Positions 10,261 through 20,435 of a stretch of 64,000 bases of DNA are shown in pieces (the stretch's first letter is position 1; every line of letters starts with the position of its first letter). The position numbers and the translations under genes were made by a program. The stretch comes from an uncultured Hyphomicrobiaceae bacterium (GTDB taxonomy: Bacteria > Pseudomonadota > Alphaproteobacteria > Rhizobiales > CAYWUX01): positions 4,889 through 68,888 of the forward strand of contig CAYWUX010000001.1 in the NCBI GenBank assembly GCA_964461525.1, given 5' to 3'. The notes under the pieces were generated by a model. That model was not told the origin of the DNA. It did not search any database and saw only the letters and a list, made by a program, of their open reading frames with translations.

Positions 10261-10363
10261 ACCGACATTTGGTCACCTTGAGCGGCCTGTCTCGAGCGCG
10301 TTTGTCCATTTGAGTTTTTCGGTCGCCAGTCAGGCAGTTGGCGCAATGGACGGCGGCGGCAAC

Positions 10364-11758
10364 TCAATCCGAGAACAAGTGCTTTTCCCGGAAAAAGTTG
10401 TAAATGTGATCTGCAACGTCGGAATTACCCTGTAAATTCCAATGAATATCATGGCTCCAGGTTTCCTGGTTCGCATATGTGGCTCTCAGATTGTAATAGT
10501 ACAAATCGGGAGAAGCTTCGAAATGTTCGATGATCTTTCTAAACTGTCTGTGTTGTAAGTCGCCGTTGACGTCGATCAAAATAAATTTGGCTCCCAAAGA
10601 TCGGACGGTGTTTGCCATTTCCATTATATTGTTTTTATGGTCCTGGACAGCTTTTTTGAACCAGGGCCTATCCATACTATCCACCAAATCTACAAGCATT
10701 AACCTGTACATATTGGTAATGACGCGGGGTGGAAAGGACGACGTTGGCGTATACTTTATCTTTACGTCGACCGGAACCGGAATGTCATTTAAAATTCCGC
10801 CCCCGCTTGAGACCAAATCGCCTTTTGATCGTAAATTATCGGAATGGGTTTTCGTTATGGGCCACTGATCAGCAGCCTCACTTTTCCTTCCAGTCAAATT
10901 CGCACTTGCATACTGGACTGTTGAAAGCATTTTCCGCAAATTGACATTCACGGAAGCAATGGCCGTCAATTCCGCCCCACTTGAAAACAACCGCTCCTTA
11001 AAGGCTCTGAATTTCCTTTCCAGAATATCCTTCCCCTCCTGAAAAAGGCGGTAGGTTGCAAGATTGTAGCGAAATTCGCGCAACAGATTAGACCATGATC
11101 CCTCTTTAAACTTTCGGAACCTCCTTTCGATTTCCTCATCCGTCCGATACACAATTTCGCCGGTTTCCAAATTCAGACTTTTCATGACACTGACCAGATA
11201 TCCTGAGTAAACCGTCTTGTGAGGCATCAACACATCGTCATTAAGGTCATTGGTGTAGTACATATAGATGACCGCAGTGGGGCTCCTGCCGACTTCCGAT
11301 ATGACTCTCTTACCTTTATGTAACGACTGCTTCACACCAAAGCCGGATACCCCGCATTTCAGAATTAATTTATTGAGCCGTTTTTCCAGAAGTGTCGTCC
11401 ACTTTCTATCCAGCGGTGCGAACCCCCAGGTAAAGCTGTCTCCAAGTGCCAATATGTATTCAGACGGAATCATCCTGTCGTAGTCAAAGCAGCCGAACCG
11501 GTTGGAAAAGATGTCGTAGCTCAACTCATCTAAATGATGTGTGACCCTGGCAGCGTTCCGTCTAATGTCGTAGCCCAGAACTTGGTCAGCCCTGTAATAA
11601 TATCTTGGAGCGATATTCTTGTTCTTTGGCGGAACCGGCAGATCGAACGATCGGATAATGACTTCGGCCGCCGCAATCGTTAAAGCGATGGAGAATGTCA
11701 GTATCAGAAGGTTCTTGATGAGAATGCCTATTCTGGCTGACATGTATCTGGCTCCCAC
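10364..11758 (-). CDS. membrane-anchored SGNH/GDSL-type hydrolase or AlgX/AlgJ-like O-acetyltransferase
   Basis: 464 aa with an N-terminal TM helix. Block I is LALGDSFTWGF, block III is YYTNDLND and block V-like is SHDIHWNLQG (D-x-H-W as in AlgJ/AlgX). A long insertion separates blocks III and V. Confidence 0.6.
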   Translation of the reverse strand: MGARYMSARIGILIKNLLILTFSIALTIAAAEVIIRSFDLPVPPKNKNIAPRYYYRADQVLGYDIRRNAARVTHHLDELSYDIFSNRFGCFDYDRMIPSEYILALGDSFTWGFAPLDRKWTTLLEKRLNKLILKCGVSGFGVKQSLHKGKRVISEVGRSPTAVIYMYYTNDLNDDVLMPHKTVYSGYLVSVMKSLNLETGEIVYRTDEEIERRFRKFKEGSWSNLLREFRYNLATYRLFQEGKDILERKFRAFKERLFSSGAELTAIASVNVNLRKMLSTVQYASANLTGRKSEAADQWPITKTHSDNLRSKGDLVSSGGGILNDIPVPVDVKIKYTPTSSFPPRVITNMYRLMLVDLVDSMDRPWFKKAVQDHKNNIMEMANTVRSLGAKFILIDVNGDLQHRQFRKIIEHFEASPDLYYYNLRATYANQETWSHDIHWNLQGNSDVADHIYNFFREKHLFSD

Positions 11759-11818
11759 TAAAGACTGGCGATCCGAACAACGTCAGGCGCCACATGCCAG
11801 TCAAATTAACCAAGAAAG

Positions 11819-12748
11819 CTAGTGGCGGCTGGCCGGCGCCTCGTGGGTCGGATCGCCCTTCGCGTCACTTCCTCCGTTTTTGGCGGCGGATTTTCGGCCT
11901 CCCGCGTCTGCCCCTCTGCGGGCTTTGGGATTTCTGTGCAATTCCTGTTCTATTTGCCTGTAGCGCCAGAAACTAACCGGAATAAAAGCTAGATAAAGTA
12001 GCGTACCGAACGTCAGAGTGATATAGGGATAGGTAACCAATACCGCGATGAAAAGAACGGCAAATACAAATACCGGGAGAACATATTCCCGACCAATCTT
12101 CTGACCAATCAGTTTTCCCGAAAATGTCGGGACCCGGGAAACCATGAGGAAAGCGATTACAACCGTATAAGCGAGAATCAGAGGGGCTGTGCCGCTGATT
12201 AAAGGATAATTCAAGCCCTCAAGATAAAGCGGTAAAAGCAGAACGATCGCACCCGCCGGGGCGGGTACGCCGACAAAATAATTACCTTTCCAGATTGGCT
12301 CTTCAACTTCAAGGGCAACATTAAAACGTGCCAGGCGAAGGGCCGCGCAAAGGGAAAATAACAGGACAGCGATCCAGCCTATGCTCTTTAAATCACCGAG
12401 TGCCCAGGTGAATATGATGATACCTGGAGCAACGCCGAAATTCACGAAGTCAGCTAAACTGTCGAGTTCAGCACCAAATCTCGAAGACGCCTTCAGCAGG
12501 CGCGCAATCCGGCCATCCAGCGCATCAAGAAACGCGGCCAGTATAATCGCGGCAATGGCAATATCATAACGGTGCTCAATAGCCATCCGAATAGAAGTCA
12601 ATCCGGCGCAAAGCGCGAGCAGGGTAAAAAAATTGGGAATAAGGACACGCAGGGGAACCTGCCGGGCACGCGCAAATGGGCGGGGCCTGCTACCCCTGAC
12701 CGGTTTTTCAGGGTCGAACGGCGGAAATACATGGGTCATCTTCAGCAC
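11819..12748 (-). CDS. pssA: CDP-diacylglycerol--serine O-phosphatidyltransferase
   Basis: 309 aa. The CDP-alcohol phosphatidyltransferase motif DALDGRIARLLKASSRFGAELDSLADFV is present (DG-x2-AR-x8-G-x3-D-x3-D). It is multi-TM and lies downstream of psd. Confidence 0.88.
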   Translation of the reverse strand: MLKMTHVFPPFDPEKPVRGSRPRPFARARQVPLRVLIPNFFTLLALCAGLTSIRMAIEHRYDIAIAAIILAAFLDALDGRIARLLKASSRFGAELDSLADFVNFGVAPGIIIFTWALGDLKSIGWIAVLLFSLCAALRLARFNVALEVEEPIWKGNYFVGVPAPAGAIVLLLPLYLEGLNYPLISGTAPLILAYTVVIAFLMVSRVPTFSGKLIGQKIGREYVLPVFVFAVLFIAVLVTYPYITLTFGTLLYLAFIPVSFWRYRQIEQELHRNPKARRGADAGGRKSAAKNGGSDAKGDPTHEAPASRH

Positions 12749-12817
12749 CAGGGTTCATATTTGGAAAATCATAAACTGTTTCAAGTCCATAATATCATAA
12801 CAACTGTCCGAATTCGA

Positions 12818-13534
12818 CTATCCGGAGCGGGCTTCGCGTTCCCTTTCATCAGAGTTCAAATCGGCAATGACAGTTTCACCACCGATAGCTTTTTGACCCA
12901 CCGCAACAAGTACCCCCACCTCAGGTGGAAGATAAACATCCACCCGGCTGCCGAAACGAATGAGACCAAAACGCTCTCCAACACCCAGGGTGTCCCCTTC
13001 CTCTACAAATGTAACAATCCTTCGGGCAACCAGACCGGCAATCTGAACGACACCGATCTTCTCACCCGAACTGGTTTGTATGACAATTGAACGGCGCTCA
13101 TTGTCCTCGCTCGCCTTGTCCAGCTCCGCATTCAGAAACAGGCCTGGCATATAGGAGGTATCCACTATCCGACCGGCGACCGGAGCCCGGTTTATATGAA
13201 CGTCAAACACAGACAAGAATACCGACACCCGTTTTCGGGGCTCATCTCCCAAATCCAGTTCCTCCGGCGGCTGTACTTCCTCGATTGCCGAGATGCGCCC
13301 GTCAGCAGGACTTATAATCAGGCCCTCTCTGAGCGGCGTTACTCTGTGCGGGTCTCGAAAAAAATATGCAACGTATGACGTGGCTAAAACTCCCAGCCAT
13401 CCGAGCGGATCCCAGATCAGAAACAAAATGAGTGTGGCCACAGCCCCAATCGCAACGAACTTGTGGCCGTCGCGATGGATTGGCACAAATACAGATCCAA
13501 TTGTTTCCAGTAATCCATGTTTACGATCCGCCAC
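12818..13534 (-). CDS. psd: phosphatidylserine decarboxylase proenzyme (short type)
   Basis: 238 aa with two N-terminal TM helices. A self-cleavage-type [10 protein letters not shown] segment lies near the C-terminus. It is paired with pssA as in many alphaproteobacteria. Confidence 0.85.
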   Translation of the reverse strand: MADRKHGLLETIGSVFVPIHRDGHKFVAIGAVATLILFLIWDPLGWLGVLATSYVAYFFRDPHRVTPLREGLIISPADGRISAIEEVQPPEELDLGDEPRKRVSVFLSVFDVHINRAPVAGRIVDTSYMPGLFLNAELDKASEDNERRSIVIQTSSGEKIGVVQIAGLVARRIVTFVEEGDTLGVGERFGLIRFGSRVDVYLPPEVGVLVAVGQKAIGGETVIADLNSDEREREARSG

Positions 13535-13616
13535 AACGCCCTCCTCTCAAATCGACCATTTTTTGAATTGAAAGTCCCTGGATGATCGAACGTCTATAAC
13601 ACATTCGAGAGACATG

Positions 13617-15599
13617 CTAATAGTCTTCCGACGGGATAATCTCAGGATCACCGCCAAATGACCGCTGACGAGTGGCCTCGAATTCGTTTTGATCCCGCAT
13701 TCCGCCAACAACAGGTATTCCCAATGCTGGATCGTTTTCAAGGGCGCTGGCCAGGAGGGTGCGCGCTTCCTCAGCTTCTTTTTGCCGGTTCCACATACTG
13801 GCATAAAGACCTTTGGATGCAATCAGATGACCATGGTTGCCGTGCTCAACAATTTTCCCATTATCAAAAACAAATATTTCATCCGCATGTACAATAGTCG
13901 ATAATCTATGGGCTATCACCAATGTGGTCCTGTCTCTTGACACGCGGTCCAGAGCGTCCTGAATTTCCTTCTCCGTATGACTGTCAAGTGCCGAAGTGGC
14001 TTCGTCAAGCATCAGGATAGGCGGCCCTTTCAGAATCGTACGAGCGATGGCTACCCGCTGTTTCTCCCCCCCTGACAGCTTAAGACCCCGCTCCCCGACC
14101 AAGGTATCGAACCCCTGTGGCAGGGACTGAATAAACTCATCTATCTGGGCCAACCGGGCCGCTTCTTTAATTTCCTCTTCACTCGCATCCGGACGACCAT
14201 AACGAATATTATAATAGATGGTATCGTTAAAAAGCACGGTATCCTGGGGAACCATGCCAATCGCGGCCCGAAGTGATGCCTGGGTGACATCGGCAATTGA
14301 CTGTCCATCGATCAATACCTCACCGTCACTGACTTCATAAAATCTGAAAAGAATTCGCGATATGGTTGATTTACCGGCACCGGATGGGCCTACCAAAGCC
14401 ACCATCTTGCCAGCCGGAACCCTGAAGCTTACGTTCCTCAAAATCGTCCGATCGTTTTCATAAGAAAAAGTCACGTTTCTGAATTCTATTGTGCCGTTAC
14501 CGATGACCAATTCCCTGGCGTCAGGTTTGTCAGCGATTTCAGGTTCCAGTTCGAGAAGTGCAAACATATTCTCCAGATCAACCAGGCCCTGGCGCAGTTC
14601 CCGGTAAATCATTCCCATGAAATTTAATGGCATGTAGAGCTGGATCAAATAGGCATTGACCATCACAAAATCACCGACCGTGAATTCACCCCGTACCACG
14701 CCCCTTGCAGATAACAGCATGCACAGCGCCAGACCACTGGAATAAATCAACGCCTGACCACTGTTTAGAATTCCAAGCGAAGTGTAAGTTCTTATAGCCG
14801 CTTGCTCATATCTGGCCATGGATTCATCAAACCGGCACGCCTCAAGCTCTTCGTTGCCAAAATATTTCACTGTCTCGTAATTGAGAAGACTATCAATGGC
14901 TTTGGAATGGGCTTCTGTATCGGATCGATTGAGTTCTCTTCTGATAGCCAGACGCCATTCGCTGGCTTTCACTGTAAACCAAAGATATACACCAATAGTG
15001 CCCCCCAGAATTAACACAAACTCCCAGCCGAAAAACCACGCAAGCATCAAGGCCACCAGCACAAGTTCAATGATGGTTGGAATTCCGTGCAGGACCCCCA
15101 TACGAATTATCAGCTCAATCGCTTTGGTTCCACGCTCAATGACCCGGCTCAATCCGCCTGTCCGCCGCTCAAGATGAAATCTGAGAGAGAGCGAATGTAA
15201 ATGCCTGAAGGTTCGGTCCGCCAACACCCGCACGGCATTCTGTCCGACCTTGGTAAACAGGACATCGCGTATTTGCGCGAAAACAATCATCATAACGCGA
15301 CCAGCCCCATACGCCAGAATGAACATAATGGGAACCAGCGTAAGCGTTACTGCGGTCTGAGAGACACTGTCATTTGCACCCGATACACTGGTCAACCAGT
15401 CCACGGCCGCTTTAAACGCGACCGGAACCAGAACCGTAACAATCTTAGAGGCCACCAATGCTGTGAGCGCCAAAATGACACGCAGTTTTAAGTCCGGCCT
15501 GTTGTTTAACCAGACGAAGGGCAATAGCATTTTCATGACCTTCATGTGGTCAGCGCGTTCATTCAGACTTTCTATGTAATGTCTGCTTTTTCGTACCAT
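13617..15599 (-). CDS. ABC transporter permease/ATPase fusion, Atm1/ABCB7-like exporter
   Basis: 660 aa. A six-TM domain is followed by an NBD with Walker A GPSGAGKST, signature LSGGEKQRVAIAR and Walker B ILMLDEATSALD. Overall similarity is to Atm1-type heavy-metal/glutathione-conjugate exporters. Confidence 0.85.
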   Translation of the reverse strand: MVRKSRHYIESLNERADHMKVMKMLLPFVWLNNRPDLKLRVILALTALVASKIVTVLVPVAFKAAVDWLTSVSGANDSVSQTAVTLTLVPIMFILAYGAGRVMMIVFAQIRDVLFTKVGQNAVRVLADRTFRHLHSLSLRFHLERRTGGLSRVIERGTKAIELIIRMGVLHGIPTIIELVLVALMLAWFFGWEFVLILGGTIGVYLWFTVKASEWRLAIRRELNRSDTEAHSKAIDSLLNYETVKYFGNEELEACRFDESMARYEQAAIRTYTSLGILNSGQALIYSSGLALCMLLSARGVVRGEFTVGDFVMVNAYLIQLYMPLNFMGMIYRELRQGLVDLENMFALLELEPEIADKPDARELVIGNGTIEFRNVTFSYENDRTILRNVSFRVPAGKMVALVGPSGAGKSTISRILFRFYEVSDGEVLIDGQSIADVTQASLRAAIGMVPQDTVLFNDTIYYNIRYGRPDASEEEIKEAARLAQIDEFIQSLPQGFDTLVGERGLKLSGGEKQRVAIARTILKGPPILMLDEATSALDSHTEKEIQDALDRVSRDRTTLVIAHRLSTIVHADEIFVFDNGKIVEHGNHGHLIASKGLYASMWNRQKEAEEARTLLASALENDPALGIPVVGGMRDQNEFEATRQRSFGGDPEIIPSEDY

Positions 15600-15879
15600 G
15601 ACCCGGATTTGCCTGGATTAAATTTACTCCAATTTCAAAAATGGTTCCTGCTAAAGATACTTTAAGCTGTCATCTCTAATTCAGGAGCGGCTCTTTTAAC
15701 ATATGCATGTTTTGAATGATTGCATGTTTTCGAAATAAATAGTTGAGATTTCGGCGATTTTTCGACGGTTAATAACTATTTCAAGAACCACGATATGACA
15801 CAGAAATCAGATTGCCACCAATCTGTTGAAACCAGCAGAATTGCTCTTGTCGTTTGATCCCGTACAGAATTTGTCAACA

Positions 15880-18207
15880 TCAGCGGGTGCAGAAACTCTT
15901 CCAACGTCGTTTAAGCCCCCGCAGTGATCGAATCCGGCTTCGATTTACCAGACGCCCACGACGAGAATAGCGGTTACGCGCCGTTTTACTTCTCCGCTTT
16001 CGTTTATAAGAGGACTTCCCCTGTTTCCGGCTTTTGGATTTTTCCTTGTTCCCTCCAGCCTCGGCACTTCCAGTAAGGTTCTTTTGCTGGGACTTTTCGT
16101 CAGCCGGACTCCTTACCGGTTGCACGTTTTTCTCAATTGCCGCTATGTTCTTGGTTGAGTATTTTTGGACATCCGAAGGTTTATCAGCCTGTTCATATTT
16201 GTCCGGATTAGAAACCTTCCCTTCAGATTTACTTTCAGTGGTCGTTCTGATATCCGCTGTTTTTTGATCAGAAGGCTTTACGATTGCAGATTTCTCAATA
16301 ATTGCAGATTTTTCAATAGTTGTACTCTTGCCTGAAATTTGCTGATCGGCTTTTTTACTCTCTCCGGCTTGGACACTGCGCGGCTCTGAGGGTTTTGATA
16401 GCCTTTCAAGATTACTTGCCGTTTCTTTTAAAGGTTCTTTATCTGTTTTTTCCGTTGATACCGGTTGCTTTGACTCGCCGGAGTCTGATTTCTGATTCTC
16501 CATGTTGTTGGCGGATTGTTCGACGGAAACCGTGCCGGCATCCCGCTCCTTTGTGGCGGGGGATGATTTGATGTTAGCAATGGTAACTGCCTTTGGCAGC
16601 CGGCGTTCCAAAAGTTTGCTCGCCAGAGCGAGGGTTTTGCCCGACTGGTCAACCTGTTCTGCCCGGATCATGTACCTTCCGGGCTTGATTACAATGTTCT
16701 TGTTAAAGTGCCAGACCCCGGAATCATCCACTTTCACGGAGCCTAATTGTTCATCATTCAAGTAGATACGTATCCGCGCTCCCGGCAGCCCCTCGCCCTC
16801 GAGTGACAGGGCACCGCTATTTTCGACGGAACGCTCATAGTCGACTGAACCGACCGAAACCAGCGGCACCGGAATTGGCTTGTTTGTGTAATTTGATTTT
16901 ATTTGACTGTCCGATGATCTCTGATTGTCGGAGGTTAAAACCCGAGTCGGCCCTATTTGCCCGGATTTTTTTTTCTTCTCAATGACTGGAGTATTGGTTT
17001 TGCCGTTCGTCGAAATATTCTCCTGGAGCGGTTTTTGTTGAGGCACCCCAGATTTGTCCGTTAATTTGTTACCGACTGTTTCTGCCTGATTGGTTTCCGA
17101 TCGCTGCCTATCTGCGACTGCGGTAGAAGTTGAGCTCTTGGATCTTTCCGGCTCTGAGGGTTCCATTGCGATTTTCAATTGATCAGTTTTGCCGGACTGG
17201 TCCGGCGTTGTGGATGCCTCGTCATCTATTACGGCACCAGACCCGGCCCGTTTCTCCCCTCCTGGCCCAACCGCCTGTTTGGTTTGATCATCGGCTAGAC
17301 CGGACCCACTGTATGCGGTTTTAGGTGTCGATTGCTCTCTAGGCTCGTTATTTGCCCGACCGCCTGCAATTTGATCTTCGCGTTGGGTTGCCTCATTCCT
17401 TTCGTTTTTGCGATTTATTTTTTCGCTCAACGACGCCTGCTCTTTTGGGCTGTTATTATCCGTGTGGCCGTCTGTCGTTGTGATGGGCTGCCCATTACCC
17501 ACGACCACGGGTCTATTCGGTATTTCCGGCTGAAGTATTCGATCCGGCTTTCCAGCTTCGGCAACCACTATTTTTGGATTTACAATTTGACCTTTGTCTA
17601 TCGCTACCCGGACTTTCTGGTTTGACTCGATCGAGCGTTTGCCTTTCGGTGAAACCGAACGCACTTTCAGCTCGTTCGGACCTGATCTGAGTACATCCTC
17701 CGGTATGACAATCCATTGGCCGTCCCGGTCTGCCTTTGTTTCAGCAATTACTTTTTCACCGAGCTGAACATGAATTTTCCAACCCGGTTCAGAGCGACCA
17801 GCAATGACTGCTTCTCCCGTTGGTTTAACACGGACGACATCAAAGGATGGTACGATTGGTGGCGACTTGGATGCATTGTCCTGGCTCTCGGGCTGATTAG
17901 AGAGCTTGTTTTCTGATGAAACATTCTGATTAGTAGTTACTTGAATATCTGTCTTTTCTGTTGACGACTCACGGACCTGTTTTTCTCCGGTGTCCAATGG
18001 CAGATCCGCCCGTTTTTTCGTACTTTCCTCATTGGATGCAGTTACGTTCGGCGCGTCGATGTTTAATTTGTCGGTTGCTCTACTCGTTACCGTCGCCGGT
18101 TCATTGTTCCAGATATCCAACCTGTGCCAATTGAGAAGCACATAAATTCCAAGAGAATAGGCCACTATTACTGCCAGTATACTTAGAACAAATCTTCCAC
18201 CACTCAT
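15880..18207 (-). CDS. large envelope-anchored, mostly disordered protein with two Ig-like modules and a poly-basic tail
   Basis: 775 aa with an N-terminal TM helix (FVLSILAVIVAYSLGIYVLL). Two related beta-rich modules are present (PSFDVVRVKPTGEAVIAGRSEPGWKIHV...DGQWIVIP and GEGLPGARIRIYLNDEQLGSVKVDDSGVWHF). Long S/T/K/E/Q/N-rich linkers connect them. The C-terminus is KRKRRSKTARNRYSRRGRLVNRSRIRSLRGLKRRWK. Confidence 0.7.
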   Translation of the reverse strand: MSGGRFVLSILAVIVAYSLGIYVLLNWHRLDIWNNEPATVTSRATDKLNIDAPNVTASNEESTKKRADLPLDTGEKQVRESSTEKTDIQVTTNQNVSSENKLSNQPESQDNASKSPPIVPSFDVVRVKPTGEAVIAGRSEPGWKIHVQLGEKVIAETKADRDGQWIVIPEDVLRSGPNELKVRSVSPKGKRSIESNQKVRVAIDKGQIVNPKIVVAEAGKPDRILQPEIPNRPVVVGNGQPITTTDGHTDNNSPKEQASLSEKINRKNERNEATQREDQIAGGRANNEPREQSTPKTAYSGSGLADDQTKQAVGPGGEKRAGSGAVIDDEASTTPDQSGKTDQLKIAMEPSEPERSKSSTSTAVADRQRSETNQAETVGNKLTDKSGVPQQKPLQENISTNGKTNTPVIEKKKKSGQIGPTRVLTSDNQRSSDSQIKSNYTNKPIPVPLVSVGSVDYERSVENSGALSLEGEGLPGARIRIYLNDEQLGSVKVDDSGVWHFNKNIVIKPGRYMIRAEQVDQSGKTLALASKLLERRLPKAVTIANIKSSPATKERDAGTVSVEQSANNMENQKSDSGESKQPVSTEKTDKEPLKETASNLERLSKPSEPRSVQAGESKKADQQISGKSTTIEKSAIIEKSAIVKPSDQKTADIRTTTESKSEGKVSNPDKYEQADKPSDVQKYSTKNIAAIEKNVQPVRSPADEKSQQKNLTGSAEAGGNKEKSKSRKQGKSSYKRKRRSKTARNRYSRRGRLVNRSRIRSLRGLKRRWKSFCTR
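16283..16318. repeat. perfectly adjacent 18-bp tandem duplication (1 mismatch) inside the large envelope protein gene
   Basis: attgcagatttctcaata at 16283-16300 is followed by attgcagatttttcaata at 16301-16318. On the minus strand this encodes IEKSAI-IEKSAI. Confidence 0.85.
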
Positions 18208-18499
18208 GGGCTGTGCCCTTTCAACTCACGAACTACTCTCGGGGCATTCAATCTGGAACAAATTAACTGTAACTTTTAAACGATTTCGGATCTTTCTCTC
18301 GGTTCGATGCTCATTTTCAATCAAATTATTCAATCTGTAACAACAACATAGTACAATGCGCCTTTGGTGAATATGCAAGATAGAACGTCGCAATTTTGCC
18401 GTCCGCTAATGCTTAACATTAATTATTTGTACAAAGTGACGGAAAACCTTATTTTTATTTATCATTTTTCACCTAAAAAACAAACACATAAGGAATCAT

Positions 18500-19120
18500 A
18501 TGAATAAACAATTTAATTCGCATACTAGCTTAAGAAATGTCTGTGTCTATTGCGGTTCCGGAAAAGGAACAAATCCCAAATATGCTGAAGCCGCGCAACA
18601 ACTCGGCAGAATTATGGCTCAGTCGGGAATAGGACTGGTATATGGCGGGGGCGGATTAGGACTAATGGGGAAAATTGCGCGATCAGTTTTGGACCACAAT
18701 GGCCACGTTATTGGAATTATTCCGAAATTTTTGTTAGACCGTGAGAAAATGCTTCATGATGTCCAGGATCTTATCGTCACTGAAGATATGCATGACCGAA
18801 AAATGATGATGTTTAAGAAATCTGATGCTTTTGTCGCGCTTCCCGGTGGCATTGGCACACTTGAAGAGCTTGTGGAACAACTGACATGGTCACAGCTTGG
18901 GCAGCACCGAAAACCGATTGTGGTTTTGAATGTCGAAAATTTTTGGGAGCCACTAAAAAAACTTCTGAGCCACATGCGAGCTGAACAGTTTATCCGGGAG
19001 GACTTGGATTTTAGCTGTCATATCGTTGATAAAGTAGAGGATGTGCTGCCCACGATGTTCGAATATTATAGCTATGAGGATGCATTGGAAAGGGAAGGTG
19101 AAGTCATAGCGAAATTCTAA
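18500..19120 (+). CDS. LOG family protein (TIGR00730; cytokinin riboside 5'-monophosphate phosphoribohydrolase-like)
   Basis: 206 aa with the motifs GGGGLGLMG and PGGIGTLEEL. Confidence 0.88.
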   Translation: MNKQFNSHTSLRNVCVYCGSGKGTNPKYAEAAQQLGRIMAQSGIGLVYGGGGLGLMGKIARSVLDHNGHVIGIIPKFLLDREKMLHDVQDLIVTEDMHDRKMMMFKKSDAFVALPGGIGTLEELVEQLTWSQLGQHRKPIVVLNVENFWEPLKKLLSHMRAEQFIREDLDFSCHIVDKVEDVLPTMFEYYSYEDALEREGEVIAKF

Positions 19121-19271
19121 GTCCGGCCTCTGGCGTCGAACATTTTTTCATGAAATACAGTTTAAAATTTTGTTTGCCCACCGGACCTATATATAGCAAA
19201 GACAATTTCTAAACCTATTCATGTCAGGTATAGTTGAACTAATAGAAGACAACATGTGCAGGTAATTTGCA

Positions 19272-20363
19272 ATGAGGCTGGATCCCAGCTTACAAGCAAG
19301 CATTTCACGAGGACTGGCCGATGTCCGGGCAGCAATTGCCTCAGAGTTTCAGGAACGGCCGGTTTTCGGTCATGAGCCGGATGGGCAACCAACCGCAGGT
19401 CCCTATTTGCCCCATGACCTAATTCAAACGCACAAAATGCGAAATATTATTCAGTCTATTCTGCTAATTGCCGGAATGGGGATCATTGTTTGTGTTTCGG
19501 CAGTGTTGCTTTGGGGATTACCGGGTATAGCTTTCGCTATCATTGGCATAGTACTGCTCTACCTGCTCGCTCCGCGCCTGCCTCCCGAAGCTGTCATGCG
19601 GCTTTATAGAGCACGACCCGTGGGGCACCAGCACGGCCACCAACTAATCCGTATTATTGATATTCTGGCAGATCGTGCGGAATTGCGGGTAACTCCGCGT
19701 CTCTATGTAATTCCAAGCGCAACAATGAATGCTTTCGCCACCGGCCGGACGGACAATGCGACAATTGCCGTCACTGAAGGGTTGTTGCGGCGTCTGAGCC
19801 TGAGGGAAGTCGCTGCGGTCCTCGCTCATGAGATCAGTCATATCCGCAACAGTGATCTTTGGATTATGTCGCTGGCTGACACCATGTCCAGATTAACTCA
19901 AATTCTGTGCTTTACCGGTTTATTTCTCATCATCGCCAACCTGCCTCTCATGTTGATCGGGCAAAATCCGTTTTCCTGGATCGCTGCAACGTTACTTTAT
20001 CTGAGCCCCATGATATCCAGCCTTTTGCAGTTGGCCTTGTCACGCGCACGCGAGTATGACGCGGATCTTGAAGGGGCCCAGCTTACCGGTGACCCATCGG
20101 GACTTGCCTCCGCACTGACTAAACTGGAACAAAATGGCGGGCGGTTTTGGGAAGATTTCATGCCTCCGGGACGGCGTATTCCGCAACCTTCCGTACTCCG
20201 CTCACACCCTTCCATGAAAGAACGGATAAAGCGGTTGGAAAATCTAGAGGCCCGACTGCCGCCCATTTCCATTCCGGAAGCCCCGATGATAACAATGGTT
20301 GGTTATGGTCCGGCTTCACTGCATCCGCGATATCACTGGTCATGGCCTGGGATCTGGTATTAG
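19272..20363 (+). CDS. M48 family zinc metalloprotease (HtpX-like)
   Basis: 363 aa with 4 TM helices, the HEISHI (HExxH) zinc site and a downstream REYDAD glutamate region. Confidence 0.85.
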   Translation: MRLDPSLQASISRGLADVRAAIASEFQERPVFGHEPDGQPTAGPYLPHDLIQTHKMRNIIQSILLIAGMGIIVCVSAVLLWGLPGIAFAIIGIVLLYLLAPRLPPEAVMRLYRARPVGHQHGHQLIRIIDILADRAELRVTPRLYVIPSATMNAFATGRTDNATIAVTEGLLRRLSLREVAAVLAHEISHIRNSDLWIMSLADTMSRLTQILCFTGLFLIIANLPLMLIGQNPFSWIAATLLYLSPMISSLLQLALSRAREYDADLEGAQLTGDPSGLASALTKLEQNGGRFWEDFMPPGRRIPQPSVLRSHPSMKERIKRLENLEARLPPISIPEAPMITMVGYGPASLHPRYHWSWPGIWY

Positions 20364-20435
20364 AAACCACGATCAGAATACGATTCGAATCGAAACTGGG
20401 AATTTGTTTATCCGGAAATGTCTTGCGGCTAAAAC

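Noticed and set aside
15600-15879. A possible LysM-domain remnant downstream of the stop of the 775-aa envelope protein, considered because the basic tail RYSRRGRLVNRSRI faintly resembles the Y-x-V-R-R-G-D-x-L-W-x-I-S-R start of LysM.
   Set aside because: I translated all three frames past the stop. None gives a convincing LysM continuation (no GD-x-LW, no I-x-PGQ-x-L-x-IP), and the spacing does not fit. The resemblance is probably due to Arg richness.
20381-20392. A perfect 12-bp palindrome, cgattcgaatcg, containing a TTCGAAT string that resembles a tRNA T-loop.
   Set aside because: The flanks do not form a T-stem, acceptor stem or anticodon arm. It sits between the convergent HtpX-like and TetR genes. 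It is more simply a palindrome or weak bidirectional hairpin.
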